This document shows, in pieces, positions 8,452 through 17,968 of a DNA stretch of 36,361 bases. The notes under the pieces are model-generated. The model did no database searches, was not told where the DNA came from, and worked only from the letters and a program-made list of their open reading frames with translations. Numbering within the stretch: position 1 is the first letter of the stretch; each line of letters begins with the position of its first letter. Source of the DNA: Gemmatimonadales bacterium (GTDB lineage Bacteria > Gemmatimonadota > Gemmatimonadetes > Gemmatimonadales > GWC2-71-9). The stretch is taken from assembly GCA_046715295.1 (NCBI GenBank), contig JBKJZM010000259.1, positions 1-36,361 on the forward strand. Direction: 5' to 3'. A program made the position numbers and the translations under genes.

Positions 8452-8832
8452 GTAGCGCTCGGTTCCGGGTCCGCCGCCTCCGCGCGCCCCCTCGTCGCGC
8501 CTGGCCGGACCCGGTAATCGGCAGGGCGTCGAGGAAGCCCACGAGGTCGAGGGACCGTTTGTGGGGGGTCCGCGCCTTAGTCCGCGGTTCTGTTGCGCCA
8601 CGGAGCTTTATGGGAGCGAACCAGGGTCGTGCCAGCCACCGCCACGGCTGCCGGGGAACAACGTCTACCGGGAGTGCGCCTCGCCGGCCGGGTCGCCGAC
8701 GCGCGCCGTGCTCACCGTGAGACCGGTCGGCCTGTGTGCGGGCTCGACGGACGACATCTACAGGTGGCGGCTAGCGCGGCAAAATCTATCCCGGCTGCCC
8801 GGGCGGTGGAAGGGCGGCGTCAGAACCCGGTA

Positions 8833-10002
8833 TCACCCGAACTGGGGCTCGCCGGCGATGGGGAGATCGAGAACGAAGTAGAAGCGGGTTCCGTACCCGG
8901 GGGAGGTCTCCACCTGCATGACGGAGCCCATCGCCTCGACCAGCTTCCGACAGATGGAAAGCCCCAGGCCCGACCCGGAGAAGGCGTACTCGCCAGGCTT
9001 CTGGCGACGCCGGAAGGGTTCGAAGAGCATTGCCATGGACTGTGGCGGAATACCCCGTCCGGTGTCGCGGACCGAGAACTCAACGGAGCGGGGGCCGCGT
9101 TGAACGGCAGTCAGCTCGACGAAGCCTTCGCCGGTGAACTTCAGAGCGTTGGTGGTCAGGTTGAGCAGCACCCGGCTCAGCGCCACCGGATGGCCGATAC
9201 GAAAGTCGGACTCCGGCACCGTCAGCCGCACCGTGAGATTCTTCTCCTCCGCAATCGGTTGGACAATGTCCCTGACCGACTCCAGGATGTCGGTGACCGA
9301 GAACGGAATCGGGTCGAGGTCCACCAGCCGGTCGCCGCCCCGGGCCAGCTCGATGACATCGCTCGCCACGGAGCTGAGACCAAAGGCGGCACTGTAGATG
9401 AGGCCTAGCTGACGCTCCTGCACCGCGTTGACCGGACCGCTGCGGCCCCGCTGCAAAGTTTCCGCCAGAAAGAGAATCGAGGTGAGCGGCGAGCGAAGGT
9501 CGTGAGCGACTTCCACCACCAACTCCAGTCCATCGGGCGAGGAGAGGCGGTCGGTGAAGTGCTGGGCCCAGTCGGCTTCGAGGTGCACGCCCACCCGTTC
9601 GATGGCATGCAGGATGTTCAGGAGTTGGGTCGAATCCGGCGCCGGGAGGGCGCGAGCCCGTTCTACGAAGGCGGTGCGAATGAGCCCGAGCCAGCGTCGG
9701 GAGAGGGCGTTGCGAGGCACCGCGCTGGTTTCGGCCGCCAGCCCAGCGATTTCCTGCCTGACGGCCGTGCACAGCTGGGCGAGATGGGCGGTGGCCTCAT
9801 CGACCCCGGAGGCATGCTCGAGGACCCGTTCCCACTCCGCCTCGGCCCAGAGCACCGACTCACGAAGCGCATCCCAGAGCGCCGGCGCCACCGCCCCCGC
9901 GGTCGGGCCGTTTGGATCCCAGACCGGCGGGGCACCGGGGGCGTCCGGGTGGGCTCGGCGACGATCTCCGGTCGAGCCGGGCAGGACGGTCTCAGGTATC
10001 AC
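8833..10002 (-). CDS. Cytoplasmic sensor histidine kinase (HisKA + HATPase_c), no obvious TM segments
   Basis: The H-box is EVAHDLRSPLTSI, the N-box LLNLTTNALKF, the G-boxes DTGRGIP and GSGLGLSICRKLVE. The GTG start overlaps the upstream regulator's stop (GTGA at 9999-10002). Confidence 0.85.
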   Translation of the reverse strand: MIPETVLPGSTGDRRRAHPDAPGAPPVWDPNGPTAGAVAPALWDALRESVLWAEAEWERVLEHASGVDEATAHLAQLCTAVRQEIAGLAAETSAVPRNALSRRWLGLIRTAFVERARALPAPDSTQLLNILHAIERVGVHLEADWAQHFTDRLSSPDGLELVVEVAHDLRSPLTSILFLAETLQRGRSGPVNAVQERQLGLIYSAAFGLSSVASDVIELARGGDRLVDLDPIPFSVTDILESVRDIVQPIAEEKNLTVRLTVPESDFRIGHPVALSRVLLNLTTNALKFTGEGFVELTAVQRGPRSVEFSVRDTGRGIPPQSMAMLFEPFRRRQKPGEYAFSGSGLGLSICRKLVEAMGSVMQVETSPGYGTRFYFVLDLPIAGEPQFG

Positions 10003-11516
10003 GCGGATCCCGGGGTCTCATCTCTCTGGAATTCGTGCTTGTCCATCAGCCGGTACAGGGTGGTGCGATCGATGCCCGCCAGTCGCGCGGCCTTCGACAT
10101 GTTCCCCCCTGCCCGGCTGACGAGGCGAGCCAGATACTCCTTTTCGAACTGGACCACCACGCGGTCCTTGGCGGGGTGGTAGGCCTCGTCCATGATTCCC
10201 GGCGGAGCGACGCTTTCGGCCGGCCATTCGGCACTATCGTCATACACCGGGATGTCATTGGGCTGAATGGTCTGGTCCGGCTCGGCCAGCACCGCCACGT
10301 GCTCGATGACGTTCTGCAATTCCCGAACGTTGCCGCGCCAGGGTCGGGAACGCAAGAAGCCTATGCTCGCCTCGCTCAGCCGAGGAACCCGGTCTCCCAT
10401 CTGACGGTGACGCTGCCAGTAGTAGGTGAGAAAGTGATTGGCGAGCAGTGGGATGTCCTCCAGCCTCTTTCGGAGCGGCGGGAGCTTGATGGGAACCACA
10501 CGCAGGCGGTAAAACAGGTCGCCCCGCAACAGCCCCTGGTCCACGGCCTCCTGCGGTTCGCGGTTGGTAGCGGAGATGAAGCGGACGTCGACCACCGCAT
10601 CCTGCTGCTCGCTGCCAACCCGGCGAACCACACCGTCCTGAACCACGCGGAGGAGCTTGGCCTGGAGCGGCATGGTCATCTCGGTCAGCTCGTCGAGGAA
10701 GAGGGTTCCCCCGTTGGCGGTTTCGAGCAGTCCCGGCTTGTCCCGATCGGCCCCGGTAAAGGCCCCTTTTTTATGCCCGAACATCTCCGACTCCAGCAAG
10801 GGCTCGGGCAGCGCCGCGCAGTTGATCGGCACCAGCGCCCGACTCGCCCGCCTGCTGTTCTGGTGAATGAACTGGGCGATCACTTCCTTACCCGTTCCGC
10901 TCTCTCCACTGATGAAGACTGACGCGTCCGTCGCCGCCACCTTTCGCGCCAGATCCACCGCCTTCCGGAACAGGGGCGAAATGCCGATCAGGGCGATCTT
11001 GTCGCTGTGGCCGTGCTGCCTCATGAGCTGGACCCGAAGGTCCTGCGTTTCACGAGACATCATGACGGCGTGGGATGCCCGGCCGATCAGGACCTGGAGG
11101 TGCGTAGCAGAGAAGGGTTTCGGAAGGTAGTCCCAGGCGCCGGCCCGGAGCGCCTCTATGCTGCTGGTCACGCTGGGGTTGCCGGTCATGACCACGACGA
11201 TAGTGTCCTTATAGGCCTCGAGCGTCGATTGAAGGATCTCGAGACCGGACACCTGCGACATGTACAGGTCTACCAGGATGATGTCGAACTTCCGGCGGCG
11301 TACCGTTTCCAGTGCCTCCTCACCCCGACCGATCAGCGTCACATTGTAGCCGTCCATCTGGAGCACGCTGGCACAACTCTCCCGCAGGGTGCGCTCGTCA
11401 TCCACCACCAGAACCCGGATGCTGGCCTTGACCTCACTGGGGATGGAAAGGGGATCGCGGGCGGTAGTCTCGGAAACGGAAGGGATCCGGTCCTGCTGAA
11501 TGAGAGGGTTGGCCAT
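9999..11516 (-). CDS. Sigma-54-dependent response regulator (NtrC family: REC + AAA+ + Fis-type HTH)
   Basis: The REC domain is VLVVDDE...ILVDLYM. Walker A is GESGTGKE. The sigma-54 contact loop GAFTGA is present (KKGAFTGADRD). The C-terminal HTH is GNMSKAARLAGIDRTTLYRLM. Confidence 0.9.
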   Translation of the reverse strand: MANPLIQQDRIPSVSETTARDPLSIPSEVKASIRVLVVDDERTLRESCASVLQMDGYNVTLIGRGEEALETVRRRKFDIILVDLYMSQVSGLEILQSTLEAYKDTIVVVMTGNPSVTSSIEALRAGAWDYLPKPFSATHLQVLIGRASHAVMMSRETQDLRVQLMRQHGHSDKIALIGISPLFRKAVDLARKVAATDASVFISGESGTGKEVIAQFIHQNSRRASRALVPINCAALPEPLLESEMFGHKKGAFTGADRDKPGLLETANGGTLFLDELTEMTMPLQAKLLRVVQDGVVRRVGSEQQDAVVDVRFISATNREPQEAVDQGLLRGDLFYRLRVVPIKLPPLRKRLEDIPLLANHFLTYYWQRHRQMGDRVPRLSEASIGFLRSRPWRGNVRELQNVIEHVAVLAEPDQTIQPNDIPVYDDSAEWPAESVAPPGIMDEAYHPAKDRVVVQFEKEYLARLVSRAGGNMSKAARLAGIDRTTLYRLMDKHEFQRDETPGSA

Positions 11517-11759
11517 CCTGCAGACTCCCGGGCAGGACCGCTGGAACGGTCGGTTGACTCAGGCACGGCTGAACGAGCCGAGTACTGGGGACTCAAAATC
11601 GAAGAGGGCCACTTTAGCGGCCCCCTGGAGCATGATACTAGTAACATTTCTACCACAGAGTGACGCAAAAGTCAAGCAGGTGAGGATGGATGGCAACAGT
11701 CCTGTGCGGGCTCTTAGGGAAACTTCGTGGGCTTAGTCCTACAACTGTGACGATTTAGC

Positions 11760-12710
11760 TCAGTGGATAGCGGCTTGATCGAACCCGCGGACCTGAACCG
11801 CCTCGCCATCCCGTTTGAGGTCCCGGAGCGCGGTAGTGGCCCGGAGCAAGAGTTCCACGGCATCCACCGTGGACTCCGCAAAATCCGGAACCGCGCAGTA
11901 ACCGGCCTGCACCCTCAGGGACCGCTCCCCGCCGCGGACCGGAATCGGGGAGGATTCGATGCTCCCGCCGAGCCGCCGGACCAGACGCAACGCACCCTCG
12001 GAACTGGTCGCTGGAGCGATGACCGCAAACTCCGATTGGCCCAAGCGCCCGATGGCGTCCGAGGAGCGGCCCACCCGCTTCAAAAGCTGACCGACTTGCT
12101 CCGCGACACGCTGCACTTCTTCATCCGAAGACTCACCGGCGTCGCCGCCTTCCGCCTGCGGAGCAAATACCACGCACGCCAGGGGATCCCGCCTCCGGAA
12201 GGCGTCGGCACCAATTTCGTGGGCCCGGCGGGCCAAGCCCCGCATGTTGTACAGTCCGGTGCTCGGGTCCAGCAGACTCTCTTCCCGCAGGCTATCGACC
12301 TCCCGTTTGCACTGGAGAAAGGTGGCGAGTTTGAGCAGCAAGGCCTCACCGTCTACCGGTTGGCCCAGGAATTCCCAGGCCCCAGCCCGGTAGGCTTCGA
12401 GCCGTTGCGTCCGCCCCGAAGGGCCCGATGTGGTGATGATGATGGGGGTCGTCGCGCTGAACCGGGGATCGCTACGCAGCTGGCGGCAAACCTCGAACCC
12501 GTGCACGTCGGGCATTTGGGCGTCGAGGATGATGAGATCGGGCTGCGCGGTGCGGACCCTCTCGAGCGCCTGTTGGCCGGTATAGGCTCGTACGACTGAG
12601 TAGCCGCTGGGGCCCAGAATGCTTTCGAGGGACCGTGCCGACCATTCTTGATCATTGGCGATCAGGACGAGAGGCGCCGTAGAAGCCTTTTCTCGATTAG
12701 CCATGCGCAT
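11760..12710 (-). CDS. Response regulator: REC domain fused to a degenerate GGDEF domain (GQSEF) with an intact RxxD I-site
   Basis: The REC domain is LVLIANDQ...DLIILDAQMPDVHG. The GGDEF-like domain begins LLDPSTGLYNMRGL. The active-site region reads RSSDAIGRLGQSEF, with the same spacing as RxxD-x5-GG(D/E)EF in PleD. Confidence 0.8.
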   Translation of the reverse strand: MRMANREKASTAPLVLIANDQEWSARSLESILGPSGYSVVRAYTGQQALERVRTAQPDLIILDAQMPDVHGFEVCRQLRSDPRFSATTPIIITTSGPSGRTQRLEAYRAGAWEFLGQPVDGEALLLKLATFLQCKREVDSLREESLLDPSTGLYNMRGLARRAHEIGADAFRRRDPLACVVFAPQAEGGDAGESSDEEVQRVAEQVGQLLKRVGRSSDAIGRLGQSEFAVIAPATSSEGALRLVRRLGGSIESSPIPVRGGERSLRVQAGYCAVPDFAESTVDAVELLLRATTALRDLKRDGEAVQVRGFDQAAIH

Positions 12711-13139
12711 TTGCCAGATTGATGAGAATCAGGAGACTGGGTGTGTGCGCCCAGATAGCAGGAGTCGTGCGCCTTCGGCTAAAAGCAGTAACACGCTACA
12801 AAGCAGCGACTTGCCCATCATGGTGCCTCCAGCCTGCAGACCGAATCGCTGGAGGGGCGCCACAGTTTGGATGTTGGAATGCCACGTCACTTGACACCGT
12901 GCAGATTGTGGTAATCTAGCCGTGGTCGCTGTGGTTTCCCAGCAACGACCCGGAGAACTCGTCTGTGGGACAGCCACCTGGGCGCCTGAGTGTAACGACT
13001 TGAAGCGCAATAACTTTACTGCTCAATCAAAGGCAAGTCATCCCCCAGCCCAACCGGCTGAATTTGCGGCGTCATCCTTGAACTGGAACCCCGGCATCCC
13101 CCGAAGTCCCACCGAACTCACGACGGAAGTTGACGACGG

Positions 13140-13364
13140 ATGCCCAGCGAATCGCTACACGACACTCCAGCTCCAACTCCGGTGGTGGACACAGCGGAGA
13201 AGGCGGAGGGCGCCGAGGGTTCGAACGGCGCTGGGACCGGAGCCGAGCTCCCCGTCGAGCTCTCCGAATTCAGTCAGCGGCTGGCGAGCTTTGGTTTGGG
13301 TGAAGCACCGGATCCTCTGCTGACCGAATCGCGCCCCCCGAGCAAGCGCCGCCCTCGTCGCTAA
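13140..13364 (+). CDS. Hypothetical small acidic protein with a basic tail (74 aa); weak call
   Basis: This is the only ORF in the 840 bp spacer with moderately GC-rich third positions (about 51 of 74 by my count). It has no clear RBS and no recognisable motif. Confidence 0.2.
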   Translation: MPSESLHDTPAPTPVVDTAEKAEGAEGSNGAGTGAELPVELSEFSQRLASFGLGEAPDPLLTESRPPSKRRPRR

Positions 13365-13547
13365 GCGAGCCGCGTCAGGGCGCCTGAGTGAGTCGCGTCA
13401 CAGGGAACTCTGCCGGGCGGTATTAAGGTATTTACGGGGGGAACCCGTTATAATGTCGGGTCGTTTTGGACGGGTACCCGCGCCCGAGGTCTTCCGGTGT
13501 AGAGGTGCCTGTTTTCTTTTGCCATTTCTTTTCTGCTGAGTGCGCTA

Positions 13548-14309
13548 ATGAGTAGTGCCATGTCCGGAGTACGAAGGAGCCACCCTTCGCTTCCCGCCAT
13601 CGAGTTGGAGCCATCTCTCGTCCGGCAACATTACCGCGACTGGAGCCAGCACGGCACGAACGGCGTCTCTTCGGATTGGGCCCGGCGTGGAATCAATCTG
13701 CTGCTCGCCCTGATGGCCATCATGCTGACACTGCCAATCATGCTGTTCGTGGCCGTGCTGGTGTGGTTGACCTCCCGGGGGCCGGTCCTCTACACCCAGG
13801 TCCGCATCGGGCTCGATCGGCGCGCACAGACAACCGGCACGCAGAACCATCGTCGCGAGCAGGACCTCGGTGGACAGCCCTTCACCATCTATAAGTTCCG
13901 CACCATGCGGGTCGATGCCGAGCAGGGGAGCGGGGCGGTCTGGGCCCAGCAGCGCGATCCCCGGGTCACCGCCGTGGGTGGGCTCCTGCGCCAGTATCGC
14001 CTGGACGAGCTACCCCAGCTGCTCAACGTGCTCAAGGGCGAGATGAACATCGTGGGGCCTCGCCCCGAGCGGCCCACCATCTTCGCCGAGCTGCGGGAGC
14101 ACATTGCCGAGTACCCGCTGCGCCAGCGGGCCAAGCCCGGCATCACCGGACTGGCGCAGATCAACCACCACTACGACCGCTCGCTCGAGGACGTGCGCAC
14201 CAAAGTCCACTACGACCTGGAGTACATCCGCCGCCGGAACCTGTGGGAAGATCTGCTGATCATGCTCAAGACCATCCCCGTTATCCTGCTCCGGCGTGGG
14301 GGCTGGTAA
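13548..14309 (+). CDS. Undecaprenyl-phosphate sugar phosphotransferase (Bac_transf family, short single-TM type); priming enzyme
   Basis: One TM segment (INLLLALMAIMLTLPIMLFVAVLVW) is present. Family motifs include SRGPVLYTQVRIG, FTIYKFRTM, DELPQLLNVLKGEMNIVGPRP and GITGLAQI. Confidence 0.85.
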   Translation: MSSAMSGVRRSHPSLPAIELEPSLVRQHYRDWSQHGTNGVSSDWARRGINLLLALMAIMLTLPIMLFVAVLVWLTSRGPVLYTQVRIGLDRRAQTTGTQNHRREQDLGGQPFTIYKFRTMRVDAEQGSGAVWAQQRDPRVTAVGGLLRQYRLDELPQLLNVLKGEMNIVGPRPERPTIFAELREHIAEYPLRQRAKPGITGLAQINHHYDRSLEDVRTKVHYDLEYIRRRNLWEDLLIMLKTIPVILLRRGGW

Positions 14310-14400
14310 GATCGCTCGAGCGTGCCTTCCGATCCGGACCGTCCCCGGCAACATTATGGCTCGATCCGGCATATTCCAGCAGACAGTCAGAGGGGTGTGA

Positions 14401-15894
14401 ATGGGACTCGGGGTGACAGCTCCCGCGGAGCGTTCGGACCGGAGCGGCACGCACACAGCGCTGCTCCTCGGTATCATCGCGCTCGCAATTGTGCTGCGGT
14501 TCTGGCGCCTCGGCGATTGGGGATTCGACAGCGACGAGATCTTCATGCTGCGAGACTCCATCGATATCCGGCCCCGGAACCCGCGGCCGCTCATGTACCT
14601 CCTCAACCACTACCTGGTCGGTTCATTCCTGCCGCTCGATGAGTTCGGACTCCGGGTACTCCCCGCATTGTTTGGAGTGCTCGGTATTCCCGTGTTTTAC
14701 GTCGTGGCCCGTCGTCTGGTGGGCGCCAGAGCAGCCCTCTTTGGCGCTTTCCTGCTGGCCACCAGTGGCTTGCACGTCTACTACTCCCAGTTCGCGCGCT
14801 ACTGGACCCTGGTGTTCATGCTGTGCGCAGTCTATCCCTATGCCATCTATCTGGGCTTCCGGGAAAGAAATCGGCCGCTACTTCTCCTGGGCATCGCCAC
14901 GGCGGGCCTGGCCGCCCTGGCCCACCCGGCATCGGTGCTTCCCGCGGGAGGACTGGCGCTCTGGTTACTGGCAACCTACGCCCGGCGGGCTCGCCCGGAG
15001 CGTCTGTGGCGCGAGAGGAGCGTTCGCTGGGGCCTTCTCGTGCTCGTCATCCTGGCGGCCGCAGCGGCGGTGCAGTTCATCCCCTTGCTCCGCGCCTGGA
15101 TCGTCCAGCGGGACACGATTCCCCGAGGCGAGTTTCTTCTCCACCTGCCGGTGACACCAGGCGTGAAGCAGGCCCTATATCTGTCCGCCTACGTGGAAAG
15201 CCTGAGCCTGGCCTTGGCGCTGACCGGGAGTCTCGGCATTTACCTGTTGTGGCAGAGGCGCGACCGGTCGCTGGCGGTGCTGCTGGCCTTCATGTTCGTG
15301 TTCCCGGTGGCCTTTCTGGTCCTGCTGTCATTCCGTACGCCGGTTTCGACCTTCTATTTGGTCCCGACGCTGCCGATCATGTTCATCGGTGCAGGAGTGC
15401 TTCTGGACCACGTGGCGAGCGTGGACTGGGGGGTGAGGCCCCGCTGGCTGCTGTCATTCGTGCTTGCGGTCCTCATCATTGCGGCGGGAGCGCCGACCCT
15501 CATCTCCCAGTACCGGGACGGGCGGCGCTATGATTTCCGTGGGGCAGCGCAGTGGCTCCAGAAACGCATGGCGCCGGGCGATGTCATCTACTCCGATCAG
15601 GCCGAGGTGACCACCCATTACCTGGCGCGAGCGCAGGCTCAACGCCTGGTTGCCGATCCTCAGCTGCTCACCCAGTCGGTGCGCCGGTTGAAACAGTCCG
15701 GAGGGTCGTTGTGGATTATCGCGCCCTACTCCGCTCAAGGGGGCCATCGGACCAACCCAAGGCTGGGCGGGTTGAAAGCGTGGATCTATGACAACTGCCG
15801 GTTACGCCATGTGGTGGGAGTGGCGCGGTTGGACTTCAGAGTGAATGAGCTCCAGATCTACCAGTGCCCCGGTCGCCCGATCGGCACCTCATAA
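14401..15894 (+). CDS. GT-C fold membrane glycosyltransferase (ArnT/PMT_2-like)
   Basis: 497 aa and highly hydrophobic, with many predicted TM segments. An acidic DSDE motif follows the first TM. The soluble C-terminal domain is ~130 aa. An RBS gagggg precedes the ATG. Confidence 0.7.
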   Translation: MGLGVTAPAERSDRSGTHTALLLGIIALAIVLRFWRLGDWGFDSDEIFMLRDSIDIRPRNPRPLMYLLNHYLVGSFLPLDEFGLRVLPALFGVLGIPVFYVVARRLVGARAALFGAFLLATSGLHVYYSQFARYWTLVFMLCAVYPYAIYLGFRERNRPLLLLGIATAGLAALAHPASVLPAGGLALWLLATYARRARPERLWRERSVRWGLLVLVILAAAAAVQFIPLLRAWIVQRDTIPRGEFLLHLPVTPGVKQALYLSAYVESLSLALALTGSLGIYLLWQRRDRSLAVLLAFMFVFPVAFLVLLSFRTPVSTFYLVPTLPIMFIGAGVLLDHVASVDWGVRPRWLLSFVLAVLIIAAGAPTLISQYRDGRRYDFRGAAQWLQKRMAPGDVIYSDQAEVTTHYLARAQAQRLVADPQLLTQSVRRLKQSGGSLWIIAPYSAQGGHRTNPRLGGLKAWIYDNCRLRHVVGVARLDFRVNELQIYQCPGRPIGTS

Positions 15895-16707
15895 ATCCCG
15901 CTCCTCGGAACCGCCGAGTGTCCGGCGCAACACCCGCTTGAGGCCGGTTGGACTGTAGGCGTAGGCGTAGCGGCCGACGGCGAACAGATACATCCAGCGC
16001 GGCAGCTTCAGCTCCCGCACCACTCGGGCCTGGACCCGGGCAAGACCCCGCTGCCGATCGGCATACTTGAACGAACGGTGGAAGAAGCTGGAAGCATGAA
16101 CATGGTGCTCGCCAATGACCTCAGGGATGTTGGCAAACCGCCACCCCAGCTTGGCTGCGCTGAGCCACAGTAGCAGGTCCTCCAGGTCAGCCACCTCAGG
16201 GTAGCCACCCGCGTCAGCCCAGACTCGCCGGCGAAACATGACGATAGTGTTGGCGAAGGGAATGGACCGGGCCATGGCCGGAATGATCGCGTCATGGTCG
16301 GTGGGCGGCATGCGAACGTAGCGTTCCCCGCGATTCTGATCGACGAGCACGTAATACCCGCCCACCACCCCCACTTCGGCATGCGCGTCGAGGAACTCCA
16401 CCTGCAGGCGCAACCGGTCGGGATAGCTGGTGTCGTCGAAATCCTGACGGGCGATGTACTCGCCTCTCGCCTGGGTCAGGCCGTAGTTCGCCGCCTTGGT
16501 CAGTCCGAGCCGGCCGGGGGAGAACACCCGGATCCGGGAGTCGCGCCTCGCGAGGTCCCGCAGGATTTCGGGGGTGCGGTCCTGCGATCCATCGTCCACC
16601 AGCACCCACTCGAAGTCTTCGAAGGTCTGACCCAGAATGCTGGGGATGGCACGATCGATGTACGGCTCACCGTTATACACGGTCGTAACCACGCTTACAC
16701 GCGGCAT
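15889..16707 (-). CDS. Family 2 glycosyltransferase
   Basis: VSVVTTVYNGEPYIDRAIPSILGQTFEDFEWVLVDDGS and the DxD-like motif QDFDD are present. ATG 16707 is preceded by GGAGGA. The ORF-track start at 16743 is a TTG extension. Confidence 0.85.
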   Translation of the reverse strand: MPRVSVVTTVYNGEPYIDRAIPSILGQTFEDFEWVLVDDGSQDRTPEILRDLARRDSRIRVFSPGRLGLTKAANYGLTQARGEYIARQDFDDTSYPDRLRLQVEFLDAHAEVGVVGGYYVLVDQNRGERYVRMPPTDHDAIIPAMARSIPFANTIVMFRRRVWADAGGYPEVADLEDLLLWLSAAKLGWRFANIPEVIGEHHVHASSFFHRSFKYADRQRGLARVQARVVRELKLPRWMYLFAVGRYAYAYSPTGLKRVLRRTLGGSEERDL

Positions 16708-16739
16708 CTTTCCTGACGTTCCTCCATTGCTCGAGGCGG

Positions 16740-17954
16740 TCAAGCGGTGACTGGACGGGGGCCGCGCGTCGAACGAGGCCGGACTCCCCTGAGGGGCAAC
16801 TCAGCAGCTTGCGGGACTTCTACCCCCACAACCGGCCACGCCGCCAGCAGACCCAGGACGAGCCAGGACACCTTGTGTTGGTGCCATCCCAGGGGTGTAA
16901 GCACCATCATGAGCGTTGCCAGCTCGACCAGCCCGGTGCGCTTTTCGAACGTGGGGAGCCGGAGCAATCGTTTTGCTATCAGCACGAACATGGTGAGGTA
17001 GATGAATAGTCCGACGACTCCCTCTTCCACGAGCACTACCAACCAGGTGCTGTGAGGAGCGACGTTCCCGATTCTCAGACCCACCGCGGGATACCACCCT
17101 GCCGGTCCGTGCCCCTGGAAGGGGCGATCGGGGACGGTGGACATACCACCCTTCCAGATCCGGAGACGACTGTTCAAGTCTCCCGTGGAGATCTCCGACC
17201 GGGTCGTCGAGAGACGCTCGAAGGCGCCCTCCGGCACAAAGTTCACCGCCACCAGGCTCGCGGCGACCATGACCACCACCGCCGCGATTCGCACACCTCG
17301 CCGTACCTGGTGGAGGGTCACGGGGACGACCAGGAGCGCCACGATGGCCGCCAACAGGGCGCCTCGGGAGCCGGTGAGCAGAATGCCGAGGGTGCCGGCC
17401 ACAAAATAGAGGCGGTTCAACCATCGTTGAAGCCCACTGGCGGTGGTCGACGCCAGGTACCAGGCCAACGGCAGGGCCAAAGCCAGGATTGCGCCGAGGT
17501 CGTTGGGATCGAAGCCACTGGCCGAGAACCGCTCGGCATGCTCCTGGATGCCGACACCCGTGAGATAGTTGAGGATGGTGCTCCCGGCGGCAACGTAGGC
17601 ACCCAGGACATAGGCCTGGAAAAGGCCCAGCAGGCGGCCGCGGGTGAGAGACGCTTCCCAGATGACCCACAACATGACGAAGATCTGAAGGTAGGTATTG
17701 AGATCCCTGACTATGCTTTCCTGGCGAGCGATCCCCCAGAACGCCGAGAGCAGCGTCCAGGCGAAGTAAGCGGTCGCGACGTAGTGAAAGGAAACCAGCG
17801 GGCGCACCTTCCCGCGAAGGACCATATGCAGGATTGTGGCGCCGACAGCCCCTAATCCCAGGACGGAACTGATCGTGCCCAGGCCCGGCAGGACCACCAT
17901 GTTCTGCCAGGGTATGGTGAACACGAAGAGCCAGACAAAGAGATATGCGAGCAT
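16740..17954 (-). CDS. O-antigen ligase/polymerase family membrane protein (Wzy_C-like)
   Basis: 404 aa and polytopic. The characteristic TGSRGALLA motif is followed by a large loop and further TM segments. Confidence 0.75.
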   Translation of the reverse strand: MLAYLFVWLFVFTIPWQNMVVLPGLGTISSVLGLGAVGATILHMVLRGKVRPLVSFHYVATAYFAWTLLSAFWGIARQESIVRDLNTYLQIFVMLWVIWEASLTRGRLLGLFQAYVLGAYVAAGSTILNYLTGVGIQEHAERFSASGFDPNDLGAILALALPLAWYLASTTASGLQRWLNRLYFVAGTLGILLTGSRGALLAAIVALLVVPVTLHQVRRGVRIAAVVVMVAASLVAVNFVPEGAFERLSTTRSEISTGDLNSRLRIWKGGMSTVPDRPFQGHGPAGWYPAVGLRIGNVAPHSTWLVVLVEEGVVGLFIYLTMFVLIAKRLLRLPTFEKRTGLVELATLMMVLTPLGWHQHKVSWLVLGLLAAWPVVGVEVPQAAELPLRGVRPRSTRGPRPVTA

Positions 17955-17968
17955 ATCAGCAACTCCGC

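Noticed and set aside
8620-8634. A perfect TGGCAC (-24-like) on the minus strand upstream of the NYN gene: TGGCACgacccTGGT.
   Set aside because: The -12 position has GT instead of the near-invariant GC. On this evidence it is likely a chance hit, though a PWM scan would settle it.
12891-12917. A perfect TTGACA followed by TGgTAATCT in the spacer, as a possible promoter for an unannotated RNA.
   Set aside because: The spacer is only 15 nt and the -10 matches just 3 of 6 positions. The downstream sequence resembles no RNA family I recognise, so it is kept only as context in the spacer finding.
13209-13245. A tRNA T-arm-like string (cgccgaGGGTTCGAAcggcg) in the large spacer.
   Set aside because: The loop would be 10 nt rather than 7. 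No complementary acceptor stem, D-arm or anticodon arm can be drawn in the flanks.
13467-13481. A sigma-54-like spacing, TGGACG-N5-CCGC, about 65 nt upstream of the priming transferase.
   Set aside because: Only the TGG and GC positions match. GG-N10-GC occurs by chance roughly once per 100 nt at this GC content.
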